Source of the DNA: a virus
Strand: one strand, 5' to 3'
IMG/VR virus record: IMGVR_UViG_3300046804_005087
Coordinates: 2,813 to 66,812 of that record
DNA: 64,000 nucleotides
Below are positions 29,701 through 37,807 of the stretch, one piece after another (position 1 is the stretch's first letter; the number at the start of each line of letters is the position of its first letter). The position numbers and the translations under genes are program-made. The notes below the pieces were generated by a model, which had not been told where the DNA came from, did not search any database, and saw nothing but the letters and a program-made list of their open reading frames with translations.

Positions 29701-32700
29701 TTTCATTGTACTTGCATTAATTACGGCATCTTTAACGGCTTTGCCCCATCGTCCTAATGCCATTGTCAAATTATTTAAAGTTGGCATTACAAACATATTT
29801 CCTAATACTCGCACCTGTTCAAACATCAAAACAAGTGCAGTCATTTCAATGACACCACTGGGAATTGTTTTAATGAAAGATTTTAGCCCATCCGTAATAG
29901 CAGAAAATGGATTGCCTCGCTCAATAAAGGGATCAAACATTGCCCCCATACCACCATCGCGCATCCCTCGGTCAATGCCAGTAAATAATGCCGTAAACAT
30001 ATTGCCGACACCTTTACTCATGTTTTCCATGACACTATTTTTAGCACCTAGGACATCATCCATAACATCGGCAATTGTTCCAATTAAAAAAGGAGTTAAC
30101 GTGCCTAGCGTATTTTTGAAAACAGAGAATAATAGGTTACTTCCCCCCTTAGCGATATTGGCGATCGCTGGGGTTTTCATGATGTAACTAACACCAATCC
30201 CAATAGACGCCCAAACGGCAATTAAACCCGAAACAGCTAATGTATTAAGAATTTTAAAATTGCTATTTACTAAACCTAAAACATTAGCCCAAGTTGATTT
30301 AACAGTAGTAAATAATCCACCGTAAGTATCAGCAAAATTCTTATTTAACTTAAAGTTGAGATTCTGAATTCTTGTAGTAGCACTAGCATAGTTGTCCCCC
30401 ATAGACAGCGCCGCTGTTCCAAAGTCCTCTTTTAAGACTTTACTAACAGCCCCGACCCATTTTTCCGTGCCAATAGCACCACGGCTTACCATTTCATCTA
30501 ATCCCGCCGTTGTAGTATTTAACGCCTTGGCAAATACAGACATCGCCGGAGGGAATCGCTCACCCAATTGTTGACGTAGTTCTTCCATGCTGATTTTGCC
30601 TTTGCTTAGCATTTGAGTATATGCCATGAAGATTAAATCAGCATCTTGAGTGCTTAATCCTAACGCTCGAATGGAGGCAGAAATACCTTCAAATAGGTCT
30701 AACATTTCCTGTCCGGTCAGATTAGTATTTCGAGCGGCGATCGCCATTTGGCTAAAGTTTTGTACCGCTGGCTCAATAGGAATCGAATACTTTTCAGCAA
30801 TGCCTGTTACCTGGCTTTGTTTTGCCCCTCCTAACGTTGTGTTTCCTTCGAGAGTAGTAAAGCGTTGTTTAATTGGTTCTTGCTGCATTAAAGCCTGATC
30901 TATGCGTTGCACAATCGGCGCAATTAACGTACCAATACCCAGACTAGCCATTGCCGCAGGGATCAAGGGCATAGCCAAAGGCGCGGCGGCGATCGCAGGG
31001 GCAAGACCAGGAGCAAACGTAGTAGCACCGGCTACGGCAAACGTCATAATCTGGTCAATCAACCCATTGGCTGCTTCACCTTTAAGTTTTAATCCCTTAA
31101 TCAAAGATGACTTAAGCGTCCCAAAGAAGTTATCGAAATACTCCTCAGTTCCTTCTACGGCTAAATTACCAGCATGATTACCCAATGCGGTAAATTGGCG
31201 ATTAAACCGAGTGTTAAGGTTTTTAATTTCATTGTCTATCGCTTTAATTTGGACGGTATCAACTCCATTCGCTTTTTTTGACAATTTTAACCGTATATCT
31301 TTTAAATAGTTAATAGTTAAGATAACTTCTTTTTTGATAGATTCTAATTCTTCTTTTGAATCAGAACTATCAATTTTTTGTAAAAGCTCTTGTCTTGCCT
31401 TTTTGTTTGTGCGTGAGCGTTTATGACCGGCAACTTCATAAAAAGGTACGTTGACAGGCTTGGAATTAATATTGTAATCTAGCCGTCTTTTCCGTTTTTC
31501 CCCGGTCGCATTAGTTGGAGCTTCTAACGGACTCGATAATAATTGAGTTTGTTCATTATCATTGTTAACAACTGAATGAAGTTTTGGGATTGGGAATTTC
31601 TCATAATCAAATCCCATTCTGCCAGCCTCGTTTTTAGACTGAGTAAATAGCTTGACACTATTCGCCGTTATCGACTCAATTTGTTTATTGACAAAGCTTG
31701 CTGTTTTTTTCCAGTTTTCTCGAATCCAATGGGTCGGGCCAGGTGAACCCTCAGACAAATTCTTTTGCAACGGATAGGCTTGTTTTTTCGCCGTTTCCGT
31801 CATTTCTACCATGTCAATCTGTACAGCATTAGCTGTTTTATCCCAATTCTGCTCAATAGCCTGATTAGGCTGAGATTGAATTTGTTTAACATCAATAGAG
31901 TTCACTAACTGCATTTTTTTAGTAAGTTTAGTAAACACTCTATCTGTTGCCTCTTCCAATTCATATATAGATACAGTTAAAGCTTCAACACTATTTTTTG
32001 TATCAACAAATATAGTCTGCTTTGAAACACCAGTAACTTTATAGTTTCCTGACACTAACGACTTTTTTTCTTTTTTGTAATCATAATCAGGGTCATCAGC
32101 TAACCCAATAGCATTGTAAGGAATGTCAAAACCTTTTCGTGGATTTTTAATGCGATAAATGCTGTCGCCTTTTTGTAGATTGACCGACCCTTGATTTAAT
32201 CCAACACCAGACAATACAGACACTAAGTCACCAGTAAATGACTTGGGATTGGCAAAGTTAACCTTATCACCTAGTGAATGATTTGCATCGCCGGGATGCA
32301 TTCTGATTAAATTGCTGTAATTAGTTTTACTGACAAGTGAAAGTAACTTCAAGTTTTCATTGTTTGCGATTTTATTGTTAGAACTTGACACTACTCTTCT
32401 ACGAATAGCCTTTAATGTATCTGGGTTTAAAGATTCGCTACCGTTGGCAGTAAAAAGTTTAGTGGCATTATTTGATAACGCACTTAGTTTTTGCATTATC
32501 TTTTTTTCTGCCTGTGTCAATGACTCACTAGCCCCAATCTCTAAACCTTGACCGATGGCTTCTCCAACCTTAATAAACTTTTTAGATGGCGAATGACTAT
32601 CAATGGCTTTTTTGGCAACATCAATAGACTGAGTCATTGTCGATTCTACAGACTCAAAAACGATATTTTTATTGGCATTAACACCACTTCCTACACCATC

Positions 32701-35079
32701 AGGAATTGACTTACCAACACTACCGGCATCCCGTTTTAATTTAGAAACATCAGGCATTTCTACAGCATTAGCATCAAGCGTTATGCCCTTAAATGCCGAC
32801 TCATCCATCTTGTATTTTTTAACATCAAAACCAAACCCTTTCCCCTGCTCTTCTAATCGTTTAATTAAGTCACCAAACGCCTTAGCAATAGAACCAATAT
32901 CACCTTTCATTCTTTCCATTGGCTCAATGCTTCCCCGCATTTTACCTAGGAACTCAAACTTTAATTTCTGAGCTGCTTTATATTGTGCTTCCCAGTCACT
33001 TTTGACAGTAGACTGCATGACAGGATCTAGCTGTTTAAACTCAGCCGGTTTAAGCTGTTTTAGCCCCGGTAATTGTACAGACTGAGGGATAAAATCCCCC
33101 TGATTAGCCCGTTCAACATTAGCCGCTTTAGGTAGATATTCTCCGATTAATTTACGTTGACTCTCAGGCAACGTAGGCAAATAAGTATCAAGGTTTTGCG
33201 CTTTTTCAATTAATCTACTTACTTTACTAGATGCAACCTTGCCAGCATTTTCAATCTGCCCTAAAAACCTAGGTTGATTGGGAGATGGCTCTAACACTTG
33301 CTCGACTTTTTGAGATGCTTTTTGAACGCTTTTTTCTGCTATTACACGCATCCCTTGACCGCCTAAAAGACTAGCGCCACCTGCGCCAATCATTGCACCC
33401 CCAGACGTCAAAAACTGATGAACATTTGTGACTACGGCTTGAATCTCACCAATAATATCAGCCGCTAAAGGAGCCCCAAATCTTGCAGGTAATACTGATG
33501 TAATTTTTGTGACAACCCCTACTACATTTTGCAAAAACTCAACTTCTAATGGATTAATTCCCTTTGCCACGGCATCACTCACCATATGCATAACAACCTG
33601 GGCGATTTGATGCCCACCAGGTAACTGAGACAACCCAGCAATCGCCGCTGTAGGAATGGCGACTTTTGCTGTAGTTTGAATAGCAGACTTAGCCTTGTCA
33701 GGGATTCCCATCGGGTCTAAAGCGAATACTCCAGACTCAACAGATTTTAACCCCTTATAAGACAAATTTCCCGCCCCAATCGCACCTCTTACTGCTGTCT
33801 TGGCAGATTCAACTAAAACGTTTAAGACATTATCTTTTGAGTCTTGAATTGCAATCTTCCCTTTTTCCGTCACCAATTTCATTGACGTTTTAGGATGCAA
33901 TAAATAATCGCGCATCGTTGGATTTTCTGACGTTTTAGCGATTAAACGACTATCTACTTTTGCGCTTTTTTGATATTGAATTAACTGGTCACGATAGCCT
34001 TGCATAACAGGATCGTCACCAACATCACCCATAACTTTTAATTGTTCAGAAATATCATTCTTGATTTTCCGAACTTGTCCATAGTCATTACTGTTAACTG
34101 CCAAATCTAACCGATTCGACAATTCACTAATCAACTTTTCTGATTCACGATACTGCTTTAACTTGCTTGAGATTTGACTGGAAACGACATTTAACGTTGC
34201 AGAAAGTTTAGCAATAGCGTCAACCTGTAAATTGACTTGATTTCCCATTGCAATCACTTCGGCGTTAGACGGGATACCCCTTGCGCTAATTGTTTGATTA
34301 GCATTTCTTAAATTCTGCTTAATATCCTTAGATTGTCTTTTTAAATCATTAATAACAGATTTTTCTTGACTCAACCCTTTAGACTGAGATGCAACACTAG
34401 AAACATCAGACAATAAAGAATCAATGCTATCCATTTTATCCTGGTATTTCTTGACCCTTCCAAGCTCATCCTTTTTAGCTTTTACGTTTGGGAAAGCATA
34501 AGAAACTGTAGCGTTAGCCGCTTTTTTGCCAGCATCTTTTAAATCAAAGTTAAAATCCTCGCCAATAACAGAAGCAAACCCATTAAATAATTCTTTGGAT
34601 ATAGACTGTCCAAATCCTTCAAAAAAACCACGACCGATACCAGCAAACGGAGCGGTAATAACATCACCCAGTTTGTCAACTACTTTTTCAACCTCACTAG
34701 TTAACTTATCTTCAATTTCGCCATACAACGTATCGCCATAATTACCTTGACCGGATTTAGAGCCAGAACGATCTCGATTTTTCTTTTTTGCTTCTAATTC
34801 ATTTAATTTTTTATTTGCATCTTCAATTTCCGAATCATCAACCTTAACCGCAATTGGGTTATTTTCAAACAAGTCAACAGTTTCAAATAAATGATTTTGC
34901 TTAACATCTAAAAGCTCATTTAGCTCGTGTAAATTATCTAACTCAACCTTAGGTTTTATAGGACTCCCCTTTTCAACCATCGCTAGTTTTTTAATCGCCT
35001 TTCTGACCGCCGCGTCAATGTCACGACTTAACTTACTGTCATCAGCAACTAATTCTAAAACCAGCGTTTCCAGATTCAT
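23794..35079 (-). CDS. Tape measure protein with muramidase domain
   Basis: 3761 aa helical; tape-measure motif QMLSKGKISMEELRQQLGE; SHSPS; lysozyme-like SGEG...AVGAYQF...EWAS; C-terminal TPNADSFRRSQSQI. Confidence 0.93.
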   Translation of the reverse strand: MNLETLVLELVADDSKLSRDIDAAVRKAIKKLAMVEKGSPIKPKVELDNLHELNELLDVKQNHLFETVDLFENNPIAVKVDDSEIEDANKKLNELEAKKKNRDRSGSKSGQGNYGDTLYGEIEDKLTSEVEKVVDKLGDVITAPFAGIGRGFFEGFGQSISKELFNGFASVIGEDFNFDLKDAGKKAANATVSYAFPNVKAKKDELGRVKKYQDKMDSIDSLLSDVSSVASQSKGLSQEKSVINDLKRQSKDIKQNLRNANQTISARGIPSNAEVIAMGNQVNLQVDAIAKLSATLNVVSSQISSKLKQYRESEKLISELSNRLDLAVNSNDYGQVRKIKNDISEQLKVMGDVGDDPVMQGYRDQLIQYQKSAKVDSRLIAKTSENPTMRDYLLHPKTSMKLVTEKGKIAIQDSKDNVLNVLVESAKTAVRGAIGAGNLSYKGLKSVESGVFALDPMGIPDKAKSAIQTTAKVAIPTAAIAGLSQLPGGHQIAQVVMHMVSDAVAKGINPLEVEFLQNVVGVVTKITSVLPARFGAPLAADIIGEIQAVVTNVHQFLTSGGAMIGAGGASLLGGQGMRVIAEKSVQKASQKVEQVLEPSPNQPRFLGQIENAGKVASSKVSRLIEKAQNLDTYLPTLPESQRKLIGEYLPKAANVERANQGDFIPQSVQLPGLKQLKPAEFKQLDPVMQSTVKSDWEAQYKAAQKLKFEFLGKMRGSIEPMERMKGDIGSIAKAFGDLIKRLEEQGKGFGFDVKKYKMDESAFKGITLDANAVEMPDVSKLKRDAGSVGKSIPDGVGSGVNANKNIVFESVESTMTQSIDVAKKAIDSHSPSKKFIKVGEAIGQGLEIGASESLTQAEKKIMQKLSALSNNATKLFTANGSESLNPDTLKAIRRRVVSSSNNKIANNENLKLLSLVSKTNYSNLIRMHPGDANHSLGDKVNFANPKSFTGDLVSVLSGVGLNQGSVNLQKGDSIYRIKNPRKGFDIPYNAIGLADDPDYDYKKEKKSLVSGNYKVTGVSKQTIFVDTKNSVEALTVSIYELEEATDRVFTKLTKKMQLVNSIDVKQIQSQPNQAIEQNWDKTANAVQIDMVEMTETAKKQAYPLQKNLSEGSPGPTHWIRENWKKTASFVNKQIESITANSVKLFTQSKNEAGRMGFDYEKFPIPKLHSVVNNDNEQTQLLSSPLEAPTNATGEKRKRRLDYNINSKPVNVPFYEVAGHKRSRTNKKARQELLQKIDSSDSKEELESIKKEVILTINYLKDIRLKLSKKANGVDTVQIKAIDNEIKNLNTRFNRQFTALGNHAGNLAVEGTEEYFDNFFGTLKSSLIKGLKLKGEAANGLIDQIMTFAVAGATTFAPGLAPAIAAAPLAMPLIPAAMASLGIGTLIAPIVQRIDQALMQQEPIKQRFTTLEGNTTLGGAKQSQVTGIAEKYSIPIEPAVQNFSQMAIAARNTNLTGQEMLDLFEGISASIRALGLSTQDADLIFMAYTQMLSKGKISMEELRQQLGERFPPAMSVFAKALNTTTAGLDEMVSRGAIGTEKWVGAVSKVLKEDFGTAALSMGDNYASATTRIQNLNFKLNKNFADTYGGLFTTVKSTWANVLGLVNSNFKILNTLAVSGLIAVWASIGIGVSYIMKTPAIANIAKGGSNLLFSVFKNTLGTLTPFLIGTIADVMDDVLGAKNSVMENMSKGVGNMFTALFTGIDRGMRDGGMGAMFDPFIERGNPFSAITDGLKSFIKTIPSGVIEMTALVLMFEQVRVLGNMFVMPTLNNLTMALGRWGKAVKDAVINASTMKRTIDDLFGGTLISLSGVTKTDVMSRFGSEFSVLRKELDSSLDTLMQYKQKRESIIRNYQSDYSRATGSTISREKAIADNQQELRQLKQEYQARRESMMGDGNLNPEKDALVRYQAKRDELLNRRTKQMAAQRLAMGTAMIAAEAALAIGVMAFARSDFSNNIEAESNKARNALIGSTDAMKSALKSLGEQAKDTNSKINSIKLPSKGLELSFETIFFGRTEKSFKSDDFILQQREKFKQLITGYERLKKIAKDTKNPLMNFWAELNRPAIMENTKDRIEASKRLGIQDYFPQQVGLPPTMAENQLLDTLIGYEQDYKNIKERLQKDNTLFDVNDLSKPLSNTGLNAVQQIKDIDAKRNQLSDQRTNLGLENTAQARLQIQSIDKDLNNLLKTRKELAKPFIDLDSYSKDLSQYVESATAAIKNSGLPLAAQERANAALEPVKQLADDIKNYFAGQGISDIAKPLEDAWDRVLNKILDVQSQLDRLKSQNTIQTNMTNTQIYKEGGGSMVVNRKSQLVALESYRRDYEITANALRENDLALRKALSISNVGDVSEKRAKIEELRKTVREQSVELSGLASSIAKAEYDLKMDFTIEDYFRTTARQVYDLNRQIEQQAIQDQRSIEDFGLQVAETSRQLRLSNRNLIESYQDLGADFNIQIETVQKSLEDAKGNIELSKLRTQNLSITPGNSNSAARQLNAMVLRFTESLFSNQTNERQIKIDVLNLEKERISRLRQVRQIEEQYIENVREYDSQVRQLNRSYVDLQRGLTDSTNNLRRAFEDLYRTITRNDKSSPESKTLTNALGSKFNYSPNTAIPQANNYGAKSSIIYNQATNQTTINNNNPSLWTDEMALPTQSSKGEVYVGDNGQVVYEPEYDTAKPVRSWEQVTQQLQQFNPSDYAPGDPRIFNGAMNANQNGGYILDQYTNAYGGLVNKASNPYQSQRVQQPKPQQNQWQPQSNQSLEIQSFEPLLRLIRSGEGGYGSFNRGRAGDSSGQNLQSLFKKPIEQITVNQIIAKQNAGQLYAVGAYQFIPSTLKSAAKRTGLENAPFTPETQHLLAIDLIKNKRPQLGNYILSSGRNGSLTEAIQSSAREWASIGLAYPEAGRTTGQSRYAGTGGNRASISPNRAGDAINETIQRRRSLGLQSKLNFGIPEGIELGQTAQLGGLIDSIGNTLEGLMGNKPETLLEFARTFTRNNKDFLPKGTNLADVAVKLANNSYGDERIQKQFNNAAKANGFTVQADTVTVQSNKPVNQTTAKPSNPQTAKPTKPVPAVTAKPQAIDYQPLTAQPFNLSTVKQQSFMNTVNRELNPSQVQLQGFDAGQALPKPVQVNTDPLIQQANRLTALNQQLIQMRMAGIQQDSIEKFAQLIDDVTGFSIQLQRTVIETDRTINDQSLSILQMTRNAKGFLTIMESARQSGIDTFQNYTQQIRSIEDKQREIALFVAEKETLKATKQWAILEGKKLRLNTDLLQSEYDKIGALIDQYDAQSGILETQKQQLLATRDIAAANAFNNAYLEKQLNYLDKAASLMASISGARYDLGGTLVNDGAIIQAKMALDTVQQRALAEAKTLGLTGQAQADFIAQSKELAEINYQKSFREAIPFIQELGANLKEAIFQTNNFTQAFTKLLDVMASQIFDQLVLKPVTNTLSQWTADMFGYSSPNMPTPENGGGFDAGSVFKTATQLGTATLTTDQQNPIVPFTESLNNATDIIPTMTEQMGVGLTAATGALTGFTNTSISMEQSALLQFVNALQIATQSLYQFAMQAGGGGLFGTIADGLTGLFTGGFGAANAASAFIPTSGYTGDTVQLPAFAMGTDEVDILNFAEGIDNVDILNFANGIDAVMAKEKAQTGQQPMLAVVNQGEAILSTLNGDAQKFRALKRTGVWDNIPSFANGTDRLYNDSRNYRGNWGMETMLPSPQTRQAISNQRNQVVNNFTQSYTVVTPNADSFRRSQSQIQDEGARVYRRKMR

Positions 35080-35128
35080 AATGCCAACCTAAAAGCTTAA
35101 ACTAACCCTCATTATCTATCTTAAAACC

Positions 35129-35410
35129 CTAACTCACGTGCATCGTCCCGTCCTTAAAAATTAATTGCAACATCGTATTTTTTTCGGTCTCAGTCACGAC
35201 CACCAATGGCACGTTACGCTCTTGGCAATCTAACACCTGATCGACTAGCGCACCAAAGTCTTGCAACTTTACTACAACTATTTCATTTTCAGATTCTCCA
35301 ATGTAATCATTGTTTGATTTTTCTATTCTATTCAACCTATAGCTACCGCCAAAAATGAATCCTAGAATAAAAATAGTGGCTCCAATAAACAATCCTAATA
35401 AAAAACCCAT
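35129..35410 (-). CDS. Small membrane protein
   Basis: N-terminal transmembrane helix. Confidence 0.6.
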   Translation of the reverse strand: MGFLLGLFIGATIFILGFIFGGSYRLNRIEKSNNDYIGESENEIVVVKLQDFGALVDQVLDCQERNVPLVVVTETEKNTMLQLIFKDGTMHVS

Positions 35411-35459
35411 TTTAAATTGTGTATTTGTATTTTGAATTTATCAACTTAGGAATATTCTA

Positions 35460-35828
35460 ATGATTGGCATTCCTAACGCAATTATTAAAATCCCAGTCTT
35501 CCCCACTTCCCCGGTTAATTTTGACCCCTACACCGGTGAGCCGATATTTGCCGCCCCTACAATCAACACTATCAGGGCCTGTCTGGAAGAAAAAACACCG
35601 CCTAGGGAACAATCACTACCGGGACAGGATACGGCGATCGCCTATTTAGCCGGGAGAATCCAAGGTAAAGCACCACAGTTTCTAACAGTCCGAAACTTTT
35701 ATAACATCACCATCACGTTACAGAATCAAACAGTTGACGGGCGATTCTATTTGACCACAACGCCTAAAAGCCGACTAGGACTCGATTCTGTGTTTGGGGT
35801 AGCCATTTACGGTTGGCTGGTTTTGTAA
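35460..35828 (+). CDS. Probable head-closure/head-tail joining protein
   Basis: 122 aa with DPYTGEP motif and beta-rich composition. Confidence 0.5.
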   Translation: MIGIPNAIIKIPVFPTSPVNFDPYTGEPIFAAPTINTIRACLEEKTPPREQSLPGQDTAIAYLAGRIQGKAPQFLTVRNFYNITITLQNQTVDGRFYLTTTPKSRLGLDSVFGVAIYGWLVL

Positions 35829-35904
35829 ACCTTCAAGCAAACTACTGACAAAATACCGTTTGTGTGCTTATGATGGGAGAAGCAAACTTTAGGAGGGTTT
35901 AAAA

Positions 35905-36636
35905 TTGAGCGTTTTACAATGGTCGGCAACTGAAATCCGCATTCACGAACTCGCTAAGCGGGTTTGTGAACTGTACAATAACGCTGAACTCAAAAAACTT
36001 ACCAAGGTGAGTCCCCAGACCATCCGTCGGTGGGCCCAGGGTTGGGAGGATAAGGGGAATAGACCTACTGAATCAACCGCGATGTGTTTACCGGCGATTC
36101 TGGCAGTCAGTGAGAATAATTATCAACGGTATTTAAATGGGGACATAACCCTAGATGAATTTTGGGATCTCAAGGGCAGTGCCAAAATAACAGCCGGCAC
36201 TGAAATTACGGTAGAGTCAGTCCTAAACGACGCCAAACGACTATCTACAAGTGACTTGCTCAAGTTAATGTCCAATCTGTTTTTAATCATCGTTCCCAAG
36301 GAATTAAACGAATTACAAGCCGAACCCCAAACTGAGTCCCCTAGATGGGTGGAGTTGAATGAAACGGCAAAAAAGCGTCTAAGCACCCTACTGAATCTGT
36401 CCAATCTTTACCTTGAGCAGACCTATCAATCCATCATTGAAGCGGGGGCAGACAAAGGGTTGGTAGAAGACATGACCAATGGAGGATTTAAAAACAATTA
36501 CACCGAACCTATTTACTATACTCTACTCCCTTTCCTATGCCACTGCTCAAAATGGCACGGGGTTGTACCCTCCGATGCTAACCCCGCTCAGTACTTTGAT
36601 TCTGTCGAACAATTGGAAGCTTCACTTAATAGCTAA
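35905..36636 (+). CDS. HTH transcriptional regulator (repressor-like)
   Basis: ELKKLTKVSPQTIRRWAQG...RP; AGGAGG SD. Confidence 0.6.
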   Translation: MSVLQWSATEIRIHELAKRVCELYNNAELKKLTKVSPQTIRRWAQGWEDKGNRPTESTAMCLPAILAVSENNYQRYLNGDITLDEFWDLKGSAKITAGTEITVESVLNDAKRLSTSDLLKLMSNLFLIIVPKELNELQAEPQTESPRWVELNETAKKRLSTLLNLSNLYLEQTYQSIIEAGADKGLVEDMTNGGFKNNYTEPIYYTLLPFLCHCSKWHGVVPSDANPAQYFDSVEQLEASLNS

Positions 36637-37361
36637 ATACTAGCTAACACTTTTTCCTTGCCTTGACGACAGATTTCATCTAACTTTTCCCAGTTCACGC
36701 CTAACGTTAGCATCGCCATTAACGGTTCTTCAGTGAGTGCCGTATATTCCCGGTCGTCTAACACATCGGCGCAACGGACGCTTAGTAGTTTTGGCTCATC
36801 GTTGTCCAACACGTCGAATACGTCTACTACGTCACCGTCGTTGGCTTTTAACTGGGTTACAAACCGATATTTGTAATCTCGTTCATTTGATGGCGGTTTA
36901 ATTTGGCGATCGCCCTGAGCTTCCTCCTGAATTAGTGCTTTTATCCACCGATACGCATAGCTAGAAAATTTAATCTCCTTGCCGTCCACTACTGGCTCAT
37001 ACAGGTACAGAGCATAGATTAAGCCGATATGCCCCGCTTGAATTAAATCATCGGGGTTTAATTTGTTATTGCGGCGGTGTTTGCGGTGCGCCTCACTAAT
37101 CACCATGGCGGTGTTATGGGCAATGAGTTGATGCATGGCCTTTTCTGCCCTGAGTATCTCTGGGGTGTTTTTAATTCTTGCCCGCGCCGCCCGTAGTTTC
37201 AATTTTTTCCATCCCCCGCCAAAAGATTTTTTAACTTCCAGAGATAGTGCATCCTTCAACGGCTTAAAATCCTGCCACAATTGCCGCTGCTCAATTTTAG
37301 TTAACGAGCGTAGTTTGATGCGAGAAGCCATAATCCCTGTAACTCGTAATGTCTGAATCAT
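36633..37361 (-). CDS. Phage sigma70-family factor with degenerate region 4
   Basis: Region 2 LIAHN..MV...DDLIQAGHIGL..A...FSSYAYRWIK; C-terminal LDDRE...LGVNWEKLDEI. Confidence 0.88.
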   Translation of the reverse strand: MIQTLRVTGIMASRIKLRSLTKIEQRQLWQDFKPLKDALSLEVKKSFGGGWKKLKLRAARARIKNTPEILRAEKAMHQLIAHNTAMVISEAHRKHRRNNKLNPDDLIQAGHIGLIYALYLYEPVVDGKEIKFSSYAYRWIKALIQEEAQGDRQIKPPSNERDYKYRFVTQLKANDGDVVDVFDVLDNDEPKLLSVRCADVLDDREYTALTEEPLMAMLTLGVNWEKLDEICRQGKEKVLASI

Positions 37362-37466
37362 AACACAGTTTGATAGTGTACACCGCTATTATGCCAAACC
37401 CACTCAATTATTTCAATTATTTCCAATCATTTTATTTATCACCAATTGCCGACAATCCTAATCCAC

Positions 37467-37595
37467 AATCTACACAATCAACCACCTTACTGTCAATATC
37501 CCAAAATACCTGAAACCCCTAAAATCTTGAAACCCTTACCAGTCAAGGATTGTAAGGTGTTTCACCCTCTTAAGGAATTTATAGGGGGTGAAACA
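37467..37595 (-). repeat. Dispersed module copy C (-35 37491-37496; palindrome 37559-37594), pointing at the sigma gene
   Basis: GTTTCACCCTCTTAAGGAATTTATAGGGGGTGAAAC, 62-bp spacing. Confidence 0.9.
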
Positions 37596-37608
37596 GTGGG
37601 GTTTTAGC

Positions 37609-37763
37609 AAAAAAAATACCCCTCTAGGGGGTGACAAATACATAAAGGGCATGGCTAGGATTCAGGAGGTTTCAGCCTACGTTGTAAATCCCCTTTCCAT
37701 CGGCGGATGCGGGTAGTTAGAACTTTTTTGTTCTCCGTTGCATCCTGACGATGGCGGGCCATG
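37609..37763 (-). ncRNA. Candidate structured ncRNA (three-way junction) with intrinsic terminator
   Basis: TACAAT -10 at 37769-37774; three complementary stems; ACCCC/GGGGT-T8 terminator. Confidence 0.5.
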
Positions 37764-37807
37764 ATGCTATTGTAATCAGGGTCATTAGGTGAGATAGGCA
37801 TAATTAC

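Noticed and set aside
23923-34741. Many + strand ORFs inside the tape measure gene, and similar nested ORFs elsewhere
   Set aside because: Antisense shadows of long coding frames, with no SD or recognisable motifs.
37655-37762. 35-aa leaderless ORF MARHRQDATENKK...
   Set aside because: Not called as a CDS; the extensive base pairing is better explained by a structured RNA.
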